A stretch of DNA of 64,000 bases. Origin: Octopus sinensis (taxonomy: Eukaryota). The stretch covers positions 45,322,001 through 45,386,000 of the forward strand of contig NC_043000.1 in NCBI RefSeq assembly GCF_006345805.1. Reading direction: 5' to 3'. The notes under the pieces are model-generated. The model ran no database searches and was not told where the DNA came from. It saw nothing but the letters and a program-made list of their open reading frames with translations. Both the position numbers and the translations under genes were made by a program. This document shows, piece after piece, positions 52,090 through 64,000 of the stretch. How positions within the stretch are numbered: the first letter of the stretch is position 1; every line of letters starts with the position of its first letter.

Positions 52090-53146
52090 ATATATGTATA
52101 TATATATAGCAAGATATGTTAGAGGTTATGCAACCATCTAAGGAATAGATGTATCCGTAGGCACTCCTGGTGTATTACCTCACTATGTATTGTCCTCGTT
52201 ATAAGGTATACAATAGTAGGTAATTTAATATATATAGTGAAGATAATGAAGCAATAATTAACAATGAAAAGTGGATCATTAGTGTTTAAAAGGGAAAGAA
52301 AAAGAAAAGGAAAAATGTTGATTGAAGTCTGTAAGCTTACATATTAGTGACTTGTAAATTTCCACATATTAGTAGATTCCTTCATTAGATGTGTATGACA
52401 GTAAGTGGGGACAGTGACTATTTGACTGGTGGTGTTGGCCGAAGGAGTTATATGTGGTGGGGATATCTGGTGTTGTAATTAGAAATAAGTATGGTAATTT
52501 GTGGCTTCTAATTTAGTTCCTGTAATTACAAGGAAAGTCGTTGTTTAAACTAAGGATGCTATTACAATTTGTATGATATAGTGTGTACATATGGGCTATG
52601 TAAAGGAATAGTAAAAAGAGTTAAAGAGTACATAACAATCATTAAACTCAATAGAAAATTATTACGTGTTGTGTGAGTTGGTAGTCTAGCTATCAAATGA
52701 AATTTAATATAGGATTAATGCTGTATTGTACTATGTAGATTATAATATATAGTACGGTAATTGGGGTGTTTGGTTTAAAATGTGAAGTTATGTTATGTGG
52801 TTACTGGGATAATAAGGTGGGGGGGGGGTAATAAGATGTTAAGGGGGTCCGTTAATAACCAGTAATGCAGGGATTAGTGATATATAAAGAATAAGTAGAG
52901 TTTAATGATATTTCGAGAATAAGAATTTATCTTTATGCAAATTGTATTTTGCTTGTCTAATTTATAATTACTTAATAAATGAGGTGAGAAAAATACAATT
53001 TGTTTGCATAAAGATAGATTCTTATTCTCGAAATATCATTAAACTCTACTTATTCTTTAAATATTGCTAATCTCTGCATTACTGGTTATTTACCTCCCCT
53101 TACTATCCCACCTACCACATAACATAACTTCACATTTTAAACCAAA
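52090..53146 (-). mobile_element. Decayed PLE-like or unclassified repeat with internal inverted repeat
   Basis: Composition resembles the PLE at 1-905. Contains IR arms 52769-52950 / 52990-53146, and a partner of 52231-52375 lies at 54745-55036. Family assignment is tentative. Confidence 0.35.
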
Positions 53147-53181
53147 TATCCTGTTTCCTGAACTATCTTTATATCTTTATA

Positions 53182-53681
53182 CTAGCAGTATCGCCCGGCG
53201 TTGCTCGGGTTTGTAAGGGAAATAACTATATAAGCATTTTTAGTGAGTTATAGCAAAAAAATAGCAAAAAATGAATTAAAAATGGAATAAAAAATGATGG
53301 TAATTTTTTTTTTAAATCGTTGACTTATCGTAGACATTTTTAGAGAGTTACTTCCCTTATATAATAGCGAAAAATGCATTAAAATGGAATAAAAAATGAT
53401 GGTAATTTTTTTTTTAATCGTTGACTCATCATAGACATTTTTAGAGAGTTACTTCCCTTATATAATAGCGAAAAATGCATTAAAATGGAATAAAAAAATG
53501 ATGGTAATTTTTTTTTAAATCGTAGACTCATCGTAGACGCACGCTAATACACAGAAGGGCTCGATATGAATCACGACTATAAGATACCCGGTTTTGGTTA
53601 CACTGCACCGCAAAATGTGGGAGTGGTTAGGAATCTAAATCGTAGGAGACAGACATACAACCTTACTTTTATATATAAAGA
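53182..53681 (-). mobile_element. Non-autonomous Helitron, complete copy
   Basis: Minus strand A^TC-TTTATATATAAAA...cccgagcaacgccggg (hairpin)...CTAG^T gives canonical Helitron termini and an AT target. Internal ~110-bp tandem repeats are present. Confidence 0.85.
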
Positions 53682-54190
53682 TTTGTGCAACAACTAAAAC
53701 ATTCGGTTGTGCAAATTGTTTGCACAGGAAACCTGCCCTGTGTGGCGGTTTTTGCCGTTTTTGTGGATCTGTTTCAGCTTTTTTATCGATTTCTGTTTTG
53801 GCGACTTCAATCCATGAAGTCGTTGTTCTAAAAGAATGCTGGTCTCCTTGACAACGCATTACGACGTTGATTTCCTTACACTCCCTTCCCCACAGCTTCA
53901 CGAGGGAGGGAAGAAGGGGGAGAAGCAACACAGGTGCAGGTGTGAGCATGGACGCCAACTCCGCCGCCATCGACACACGAAAAAATATGCATTAAAATGG
54001 AATAAAAAATGATGTTAAATTATTTTTAAAATCGTAGACTCATCGTAGACGCGCGCTAATAGCCAGACGGGCTCGATATGAATCACGACTATAAGATACC
54101 CGAATTTGGTTAAACTGCACTGCAAAATGTGGGAGTAGTTAGGAATCTAAATCGAAGGGGATAGACACTCACACAACTACAGTTTTATAT
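53682..54190 (-). mobile_element. Non-autonomous Helitron, 3'-truncated copy with CpG-rich internal segment
   Basis: Shares the 5' ~200 bp with the other copies and lacks the CTAG end. Confidence 0.75.
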
Positions 54191-54195
54191 ATCTA

Positions 54196-54715
54196 CTAGC
54201 AGTATCGCCCGGCGTTGCTCGGGTTTGTAAGGGAAATAACTATATAAGCATTTTTAGAGAGTTACTTCCCTTATAAATTCGGGCTTTCTTAGCCATTTCT
54301 GTTTTGGTGTCTTCAAGCCATGAAGTCGTTGTTCCAAAAGAACGCTGGTCTCCTTGACAACGCTTTACGACGTTGATTTCCTTAAACTCCCTTCCCCACA
54401 GCTTCACGAGGGAGGGAAGAAGGGGGAGAAGCAAACACAGGTGCAGGTGTTTGAGCGTGGACGCCAACTCCGCCGCCATCGACACACGAAAAATTATGCA
54501 TTAAAATGGAATAAAAAATAATGTTAAATTATTTTTAAAATCGTAGACTCATCGTAGAAGCGCGCTAATAGCCAGACGGGCTCGATATGAATCACGACTA
54601 TAAGATACCCGAATTTGGTTAAACTGCACCGCAAAATGTCGGAGGAGTTAGGAATCTAAATCGTAGGAGACAGACACTCACACAACTACAGTTTTATATA
54701 TATATATATATATAT
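54196..54715 (-). mobile_element. Non-autonomous Helitron, third copy
   Basis: 3' hairpin + CTAG^T at 54196-54199. Its 5' end merges into (TA)n. Confidence 0.8.
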
Positions 54716-55230
54716 AAAACTGTAGTTGTGTGAGTGTCTATCTCCTACTAACACATGGAAATTTACAAGTCACTAAAATGTAAGCCTACAGACTTTAACG
54801 AATAGTTTTCATTTTCTTTTTCTTTTTCTTTGCCTTTTATTCCCTCTATTCATTCTGAAGATGTTTATTAAATGTAATGAGGTAACTGTAAATTTACTCT
54901 GATTTAATAAACAGAAACAGCTGTAAATGGTTCCAAATTCTATCAAATAATTCTATTAAATAATGACTTTTAAACACCAATGATCCACTTCTCATTGTTA
55001 ATTATTGCCCCATTTCTTATCTTCTCTATATGTATATATATATGTATATATTATAAGAGGGATCATAAGAGCAGTTACTGTTTATATCTCGCCCAGAGAT
55101 TTATTATTGTTTATGTATATATTGTTTCAGCAATACATATGCTAAAATTGGAATAATACAGAGGAGCTTAGTATGGTCTCTGTGCAAGAATGAGACACAA
55201 ATTCATGAAATGTTTTATATTTTCTCAAAT

Positions 55231-55395
55231 ATATGCACAGGCATGGCTGTGTGGTAAGAAGTTTGATTCCCAGCCAGATGGTTTTGGGTTCAGTCCCACT
55301 GTGTGGCACCTTGGGCAAGTGTCTTCTACTATAGCCTCCAGCCAACCAAAGCCTTGTGAGTGGATTTGGTAGACAGAAACTGAAAGAAGCCTGTC
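55231..55395 (+). mobile_element. 5' half (tRNA head module) of the bipartite SINE
   Basis: Ends at the (TA)n linker and the 3' module is absent. Confidence 0.8.
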
Positions 55396-55949
55396 ATATA
55401 TATATATGTGTGTGTATTATCATATCATATACCCAGACCTATTCCCCCTTTTTTTTCTGTATATATGTATTATATATAGGGCAATTCTTGGTTCTTGAGA
55501 TTATCTTTCCACCAAGTGATTGTTCTGTACTCTCTAGAAGAAATATTTTCAATAAATAAAGAACTTTCTGTGCATAGTATTTAGTATGTTTTTATTCAAC
55601 TTCTTCATATGAGTGCATATATGTATGTGTGTGTGTGCATGTGTGAGTGCGTGTGTACATGCATGTGTGTGAAGTACTTAAATACTGATGAATTTCAAAT
55701 TTGATGCTTTACAGTGGTATCAACTCTAACACTGATACTGGCTCATAAAATCAATATTTTAATAATTTTAGCCACGAATGTAATAGGTAGAAATAGCTTA
55801 AAAGCCATCTTCTAGTTTCATAACAAAAATCATAATATGTATGCTTTTAAACCAGTAAAGTTTTAATAAAATTTTAAAATTATAAACAATTAACTGAAAG
55901 TAGATGAGGAGATGGAATTTAAAAAAGATAGAAACATTTAAATCAACTA

Positions 55950-56250
55950 ACTGACACTCCATTGGTTTTGATGATGCGTGTTCCAGTTTATCCAATCAGC
56001 AGTGTAGCCTATTCATGTAAGTGGCTGAGCATTCCAGAGACATGTGTACCCTCAACATACATCTCTGTGAGATTCAGCACAGCACAGAATGTGGCAAGGC
56101 CAGCCTATTCATTTTTATCAGCTGAGTGGAGTGGAGCAACATGAAATAAAGTGTCTTGCTCAAGGATGTAACATGCTGCTAGGAATTGAACTCATGACCT
56201 TATGATCATGAACGGATTACCCTAACTATTAAGTCACATGCCTTCACTAT
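55950..56250 (-). mobile_element. CORE-like SINE head joined to tail X
   Basis: CORE-like head (cttgagcaagacactttatttcatgttgctcc) followed by ggctggccttgccac...gggtacacatgtctctggaatgctcagccacttaca, the tail also seen at 21031-21220. Confidence 0.7.
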
Positions 56251-58781
56251 TTAAACTAAAATGAAATGAAAAAAAAAGAAATGAATAAAACAGTACAAAC
56301 AAGCTCATGGAAAGTAAGGACAAAATTCTTAAAAGGAAATCAAAACTATTGAGAATTATTTTCGGTTTGAGAAATTGAGAGAAAGAAAGGAGGACTTTTA
56401 AATGAATTTTCTAATAAATTTGTTTCCAGTTTTCTGTTTCATTTTCCCTGAAAAACAGCCCGACAGCTAAAAGTGATCTTTCTGATTCTACACTGGTCTG
56501 TAGATGTTGCAAGAACATTTTGCTCATATAGATAATTTTATAACTTAAATTTTAATCTAAAAATAGCTGATATACTGATATGATGATTTCATTAACTTTT
56601 TCTAAAAATATTATTCATGAGAGGAGAATGGTAAAGCAAAACTTCACAGCTATTTCTCCTCTTACGAATAAATGCCTTGCAAAATATATCACATTGATAT
56701 TACAGCATCTAACTTGGTAATAGTGAATTAAAAAGGACTTAACTATCTTAGTCCATTATAACATTCTATCGTGAGTTGGATGTAATATGGGACAGACATC
56801 ATTGTGCAGCCACATGCCACTGTTTATTCTAACACTTGCCTACTTTCCAAGAAAGGAAATCCTTATTCTACTGCTCTTTAAAAGCATAGAATGGTAGCAC
56901 CCAAGCATCATCATCTTCATTGTCATCATCATTGTCATCATCATCATCAGTATCATCATCATTTAATATCTATTTCTTCATGTTAGTAAGGGGCAGACAA
57001 TATAATTGGATCTGGTGAGCTACAGGTTTGTAACATGCTCCATTCCAGCACTGACATGATTTCTGTGGTTGAATGCATTTCATAATGCTAACCACCTTAC
57101 TGTATGTATTGGGTGCCTTTTCTGTGCCTTCAACATTAATGTGGTTGTCAAATACTGTAAACAACATATCACTGTTTTCTTCTAGTGGTTACATGAAAAA
57201 TTTTTAAAAGTCACTATTCACACACATACAGACAACTGTTCCACTGAGGACATCAGTCAGCCTGGGTTTGTGGTAAAAGACATTTGCCCAAAGTCTCACA
57301 CAGTGAAACTGAACTTAAAACAACAAGACTATGAAGTAAACGTCTTAATGATACAGTCAATGATGCACTCTCATGCAAACATACCTGCAGAGGAGAGAGA
57401 GAGAAATAAATAGTCAGACTCTGAAGTAAAATGAAGAACATTATAAAGTAAAGGGAAGTTAGAAATTAAACAATATATCAAAGACAAAAAATGCAGTACA
57501 AAAAAGGTAACATAGAAAACAAGATGAAGCAATTAGAAAAACGTGTGTATAAGGAAGATAACTAGGCCAAATAAAGGAAATAAAAAAGGCTCTTAATTGC
57601 GTGTGAAGACTTTTAACAAAAGGAAGTGAAAATGAAAAGGAAATAGAAACAAAGCTAATTTTGTAATGGTAGTTTACATTGCAGGCTGGGTATATAAAGG
57701 TAGTTGGAGAATGAGATAAAAGAACTGGAAGAGAAGACACACTTGGGTTCATAGGAAGATTACATGGGAAGAGAAAGAAAGAGCAAGAGAGAGAAACAGA
57801 GACAGACAGTCACAAAGAAAGAAAGTTAGAAGAGAAGGAAAGAAGAGAGAGAATAAAAATGAGAGATAAAGTCAGAGGGGACATGGAGTTGCTAAACTAT
57901 TGGCACCTAAGTATAGAATCATGGTTAAATGTGCAATGTTGTAATTGTGTAGGTGCTAAATAGCATTCATGTGTCAATATAAAGTTCATGTATCTATGTA
58001 TGCAACAGCCATTCTTTCCACAAAAAGATCCAGCTAAGAAAACGTGTGTGTGTGTGTGTGTGTAATCATTTACTTGTACACATATATATATGCACACATA
58101 CTCCAAACTTGCAACAATAAATATTCATACATACATAACACAAAGATGCATACACACACCAAACAAACAGGCATTTCTTTCCTGGAGTTATTAGGGAAGC
58201 TTCTTTGTGGTTTGCCATCTTTGACCATGTATCTGCACAAACTTGAAACCTTTTATAGGTAACATGCAAAAATCTTCAGAATTTTCATGCACGCGCGTGT
58301 GTGCGTGTGTGTGTGTGTTTGTTTGTATACCCTCAAACAACAATGTTTGCAAACAATTCAGAAAAATTCGCGACTCTACTGAATAAATACCACCAGAGCA
58401 AGAACAACGATAAAAACAGACAATACCATTACTATGTCCCTTCCAAATGTCACAGCTTCGCACAAAATACATTTACAAAACAAATGTTTCATACAAATAA
58501 ATAATCCTTTTTAAACATGATACCAAAAATGAAAAAAACAAAAATTGCAATACAACAGTAACCACATTAAAAGCACGTTTATGGAGCTAAAAGATTTTAT
58601 CATCACTCAAAACATACATGCAACATATATTCAGGAAAACTTTTACTGTCAAAACACATAACCATCAACCATTGCAAACTATACTCAAAATCTGATTATA
58701 GAGACTCTTTCACAATGATGTGGGTATGTCTCATGTCACAGATAAAAAAATGTGCATTCAGTATAAATATATACATATATA

Positions 58782-58832
<51 letters not shown>

Positions 58833-60214
58833 ATAAATAGATAGATAGATAGGTAGATAGATAGATAGATGCACACAAACACATGACATTTATTATCTCA
58901 CATGAAACTACTATAGAAATGCAGGATTTCATAATATATATTAGTAACATATACCACATTAATATAATGAAAATATAACCCCACCAATCTTACGAACCAT
59001 TCCATTAGGTTGTATATCACGACTACAAACTGCAGCCCTCTCACAAACACCGTCATTAGAGGAAGTGTCTGTGCACACTACAACTCTGGATTTTCAAATA
59101 GTGCAGTCAACAAAAGACATAATATAATATTGTTACCAATAAAATCCATCTACATGCTAAACAATCTATATCTGCACACAAACACAAACACACACACACA
59201 TCTCACCAAACAACACAACAATTTTCACTTGGTCATAAACCTTCTGCTCCATACACCTAACTAAACTACTTGGTAAACAATTCCCCAATTTTCAGTGACA
59301 GCTTAGCCAGAATCATCACTATATACTTGCACAGGAACAGGGAATAGTAAAAATACATTTACAAATTTCAAAAAAAAGCACAGCTGAATGTATTTCATCA
59401 AGTAACAGAATCAAAACTTTTTCTCCTCAGCAGCATGCATCCACCAATAAAGACATCATTGTACATACATTCAACAAAATGGTTACAGATGCATCTAAAA
59501 TACATAGCACACAAGGCTAACATAAAATGAATTCAACCTTATCTTAACAGGGGTAGGCAATGTCATAAAATCCAGAAACAACCTAAAAGAGTATATACTT
59601 AAATCACACACTATATTTTGATATTTTTTGATAAAAAAAGAATTATAGTTCAATTAAATATATTCAAATAGAATTAATATTCAGGTTAATTCCTCTGATG
59701 TGATAAGTTGATCCAAAGATGGGTCGGTAGAATTTCAAGAAATTCAGAGTATATTATAACAACATTGTCAAGAATAGAGAATATCACATCTTTCTTAGAG
59801 GATTACACCATAAGCATTTTTAGATAAAGAAAAAAGTACAAAATACAAATCCATCATCATCATCATCATCGTTTAGCGTCCGCTTTCCACGCTAGCATGG
59901 GTTGGACGGTTCAACTGGGGTCTGGGAAGCCAGAAAGCTGCACCAGGCCCAGTCTGATCTGGCAATGTTTCTACGGCTGGATGCCCTTCCTAACGCCAAC
60001 CACTCCATGAGTGTAGTGGGTGCTTTTTACGTGCCACCGGCATATATATATATATATATATGTGTGTGTGTATATTTGAAGAGCATGACCACTAGGTGGT
60101 CGGCCGTATGCTACGATCAAACTACAAAGAAAGGAATGTTCTCTAGAGGAAAAATATATTCAAAATTATTATGGTTATTGTTATTACGTTAGTGCATGCT
60201 AATTTAGTTAGCAG

Positions 60215-61735
60215 GTTGATTATTTTCTGTCTTCTTGTCCATTTAAATTGGAGAATCTCATAATATTTTGCACATCTCCAGATCAAGCTCTCTTTCAACC
60301 TAATGATTATACCAGCTTCAAACTTCTATTTCTGACAAAGCCTCCAGTGCAAACCTTTCAAGACTTGGTCATGCCTCCATTGAGCTACTATAATAAAGAT
60401 CTCTGTTTCTTTTCTCAGTTGCCCTTTCTTTCATCTAGGCCCACATACATCCTGAGTGGCTTTCCAAAACTGACCATGCAAAGGTTTCTCTTCAATCTGT
60501 TTAACCTAATCTCTTTGAATTTCATTCTTGTCTTTTACTCCTATTTCACACCTGATCACCTGTTCTTTGTTCACTGCCTTTAGCACTTTCTCCGTATTGT
60601 TCAGTAAATATTCTAGTAGACATTTTCTTTCCATTTGTACACACTGTTCCACAGCAATTGAGTCACTTCCACCTTGGTCTCTCTTCAGATACAGCCAGTT
60701 GATATCAGCTTTCAGATGGTGGGCTCCATACATTGCCAACAGCTCTCTAGTTTTTCTGTCAAGTTTCTGTATGTTGTTTGTGGTCCAGACTACAAGTCCA
60801 ACTCTGTATCTAATTACTGGTACTGCTCTTGTATCTATTGTTTCAATAGCATTTTTAATACAACTTAGACTGTAATATTTTTCTCATTTATTGTATACTT
60901 CCTACTTGTAATTTGCATCAGCCCATCATGTTTTATTTCCTCCAGTATTCCAAAATACTTATACCACTGTTATTTTCCTAACTGCTTTTATTGTTTGTCC
61001 ATTTGGCACTTCAATTCCTTACTTTCCTTCAAATCTTCCTCATTTCATTATCAATAGAGCACACTTTTCTATCGAATATTCCATACCAACATCATTTGAG
61101 TAAATTTGAACAATATGTACAAGACGTTCAAGCTACTTCTCAGTTTTTATATAAAGCTTTATATCATCCGTAAAAAGGAGATGATCTATTTGACTATATC
61201 CTTTTCCCGAATCATAAGCTATGTTGACTTCTCATAATATTAAACTGAGTGATGTCATGGCCTGTACAAATACAACTGGAGATAAGCCATCACCTTCAAA
61301 TGTACAATGTCTGATGTTCCCTTTCTGAAGTCTTTGTTTTATTCCTGTCAATTCAGAATTTCAGTGTTTCACACTTTTATTAACCATTTTCTCCACATTT
61401 TCTGCCACCCTAAACATGTTCATTGTTTTACTTATCCAAATGTGTGGTACCGTGTCATATGACTTCTTTTTTAATCCTGCCATGTTACATTCAATCCTGT
61501 CAATCTGCATCTACAATTTCTAATGATAATTTTTATCAACTAATAACTGGTCTTTAGTTGCTCTACTTTGCTTTCTCTAGCCTCTCTCTTCTAGTGGAAG
61601 GAAATCGCTACTCTCCAGGTGATTATTTAACTTCGCTGCCAAGACACTGGCCATAAGCCTTCATGTAAGTGGTAAACAGGTAACAAGCTGAGCATTTGAT
61701 ACCAGTTTATCTTTCAAGACATCCTTGGATATAAC
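60215..61735 (-). mobile_element. R4/Dong-clade LINE fragment with RT domain
   Basis: Decayed motifs KDQLLVDK, KKSYDTVPH, HLLFTDDIK, GAHHLKADINWLYLKRDQGG, LHGQF and RHDQVLKGLHW. Confidence 0.85.
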
Positions 61736-61739
61736 AATG

Positions 61740-62640
61740 TTATCATAGACGTCGCACAGTATACAATGTCGTGAGGTTGTTGATTGAAAATATTGTCTAC
61801 CGGGGGTTTGTACTGTTTGTCAAGTCACAACAAACAGATAGTACTTTACACAATATGTGTGCAGTTCCAAGTAATACTGACTTTTGCAATACACCTAGAT
61901 TGTAAGTTTTCAGATGTTTTTCAGATTCTGCTGACAATAGGGATAACCTTTATGTTTGACTCTTGTAACTGCCACATCTTAGTGATTTCAATTCTCAGGT
62001 CACCATATTTATCAACCTTTTTTTCTTTCTTTCTTTCATGATGATATGTTGATCTCTTGGCACTGCCACATCGATTATTAGGCACTCTTGTTTGACCCTC
62101 CAAAAGGTTACTATATCAGGCCTTCAGTGCTCTAACACTTTGTCTGTCTGGAAGTCGAAATCTCAGAGGTTTTTTGCCTTCTTCTTTTCATTCATAACCT
62201 ATTCCAGTATATGGTGGTACCAAGCACCTGTAAACCTCATATCCATACTTACAGCATAGTAGCCAATGGAGGTTTGGGGCTACCTTGTGATGTCTACGCT
62301 TCTACTCTTTCTGTGCAAGACTTTCACAACCATTAACAATGTGAATCATGCTTTCAACTCTCTTCCCACACATTCTACAGAGGTCCGTTGCACTTGTGTG
62401 GTATATATTCTCTGTCATTGAGTTGGTATTCAATGCATGGTCCAGGCAGTGATGATTAGGTTTTCAGTTTTCTTTTTTAGATCACCTTTGTTGAGCCATC
62501 TCCATGATGCTTCCTTGTCCTTTACTTTGTAGGTTTCACAGTGGAACTGACCATGTAATTGGATACAGAGTAGAGTTTCTGCTTTCTCATTGGATGTTCT
62601 TGATTGGAATTCATGAGCACTCTCAAATCCATTTTAGTAA
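61740..62640 (-). mobile_element. R4/Dong-clade LINE 3' fragment (CCHC + RLE + UTR)
   Basis: WLNKGDLKKKTENLII, CRMCGKRVESMIHIVNGC, RPDIV, IIDVAVPRD...KYGDLRIEITKMWQL...IPIV. Confidence 0.85.
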
Positions 62641-62669
62641 AAACCCTTATTATTATTATTATTATTATT

Positions 62670-63118
62670 ATTTTTTTTTTTTCCTTCTTTCTTCAAATTT
62701 TCTTCCATTCTTTGCTGAGTGTTTTCCGTACACCTAGGGCAGAGAAGCTCATTGTATGCATTCCCAGATTACACACACAAATTCACAGGTAAAATATGTA
62801 TTTAAAAAATTAATAGATAAATAAATAAATTCATGAATGGATGTTGTTTTCACAGTGATAATGCTCTTCTCAGTACATGAATCATTCCAGTTAACATGAT
62901 TTTTTGCACTTCTTGTAGAGTTAGTAAGCCTGGTATCATTTTCAAATAGGTTTCAATACCTTTTTTATCATTCCTAGAGATCCTACAATCACTGGTAGTG
63001 TAGTCACCTTGAGATGGCATGTTTTTTTAATCTCTATTAGCAAGTCTTTATATTTACTGATCTTAAAAAATTCTTTTGCTGCTATATTGTGATTGCAAAG
63101 AATACTCATGTCAATTAA
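62670..63118 (-). mobile_element. R4/Dong-clade LINE 3' fragment, same subfamily as 15255-15705
   Basis: IDMSILCNHNIAAKEF..KYKDLLIEI...VIVGSLGMIKKG...VLRRALSL*. Truncated at nearly the same point as the 15-kb copy, with an (AAT)n tail. Confidence 0.85.
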
Positions 63119-63124
63119 TTAATT

Positions 63125-63139
63125 AATTAGTAAACAAAT

Positions 63140-63170
<31 letters not shown>

Positions 63171-63241
63171 TGTTGTTGTTGTTGTTGTAGTATTAATAGT
63201 AGTAGTAGTAGTAGTATTAATAGTAGTAGCAGTAGTATTAA

Positions 63242-63300
<59 letters not shown>

Positions 63301-63312
63301 ACAGTAGCAGCT

Positions 63313-63346
<34 letters not shown>

Positions 63347-63355
63347 TGGTGGCAA
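63125..63355. repeat. Compound (AGT)n/(GTT)n/(GCA)n microsatellite
   Basis: Directly visible. Produces the poly-L ORF artefact. Confidence 0.9.
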
Positions 63356-63434
63356 CAGTTGCATCGCTGGTGAAAATAATTCATTGTTCCTGTCCTCAAC
63401 ATTTCTGATCTAGTACCTAATTCAGATGCAATAA

Positions 63435-63467
<33 letters not shown>

Positions 63468-64000
63468 GTGAGTCATTGTCCTTTCATGAACTAGAATTTC
63501 CTTTTTTTTTAAATGTCTATTTAATGTGGATTTTTGATATCAACCAATTATAATAGTTCTAAGTTTGTTAGATGTATTAGTCTGATTACCATATTCCTTT
63601 GTGTAATAGTCACCAATTCTGTTTATTTTCAATTTAGTTTTATGTTGTAATAAATATATTTTCAACCTGATATTTCCTCAGGTACTTTGATGATATTAAG
63701 ATTAAAACTTCTGACTCATAGATTGTCTGCTCTAGGTTCACTGTTACAATGATATATATATATCCATTCAATGTCACCAATGACTATATTTCATGACATT
63801 ATACTTGCCCATTTTACAACACATACAGATCACTTCTCGTATAGAATTACTTATACTTTATCTTCTTCAAGTCCATGTAGAGATAAATATTGATAAAAGT
63901 TTTTATATGTTTTCTCTCTTTCTAATATACTTTTCTCAGTTTACATCATTGTAGTACAGCTTTACTTGGACACCAACATCAACTTTTCATTTATATTTCT

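Noticed and set aside
52095-52175. Possible hammerhead at the end of the 52-kb PLE-like repeat (minus strand caccaggagtgcc...ctctaacatatc)
   Set aside because: Both core motifs (CUGANGA, GAAA) are broken, so the fold cannot be supported from this copy.

Overview
AT-rich, microsatellite-dense eukaryotic DNA, most likely Octopus. This is inferred from the SINE families and the TA/CA/ATGT repeat load, not from a database hit. The window is mostly intronic or intergenic sequence filled with decayed mobile elements. These are tRNA-derived SINEs (CORE-like, Nin/Deu-like and a bipartite family), RTE, CR1 and R4/Dong-type (RLE) LINE fragments, Penelope-like elements (PLEs), Tc1/mariner remnants and MITEs, and a non-autonomous Helitron array. 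No intact protein gene could be identified. A few splice-site-flanked candidate exons are listed at low confidence, and most of the ORF track is microsatellite artefact. The best lead is a unit at 20682-21565 bracketed by an exact 17-bp target-site duplication. It joins the end of a Penelope GIY-YIG ORF to a tRNA-like Pol III promoter, an (AAT)n linker and a hammerhead-like motif, suggesting a PLE whose terminal repeat is itself a SINE-like, ribozyme-bearing Pol III unit. Other leads are a well-formed minimal hammerhead ribozyme in a second PLE (8-63, minus), R4/Dong LINE copies stacked head-to-tail at (TAA)n tracts, head/tail module swapping among SINEs, and a nested fold-back region invaded by a Helitron array.
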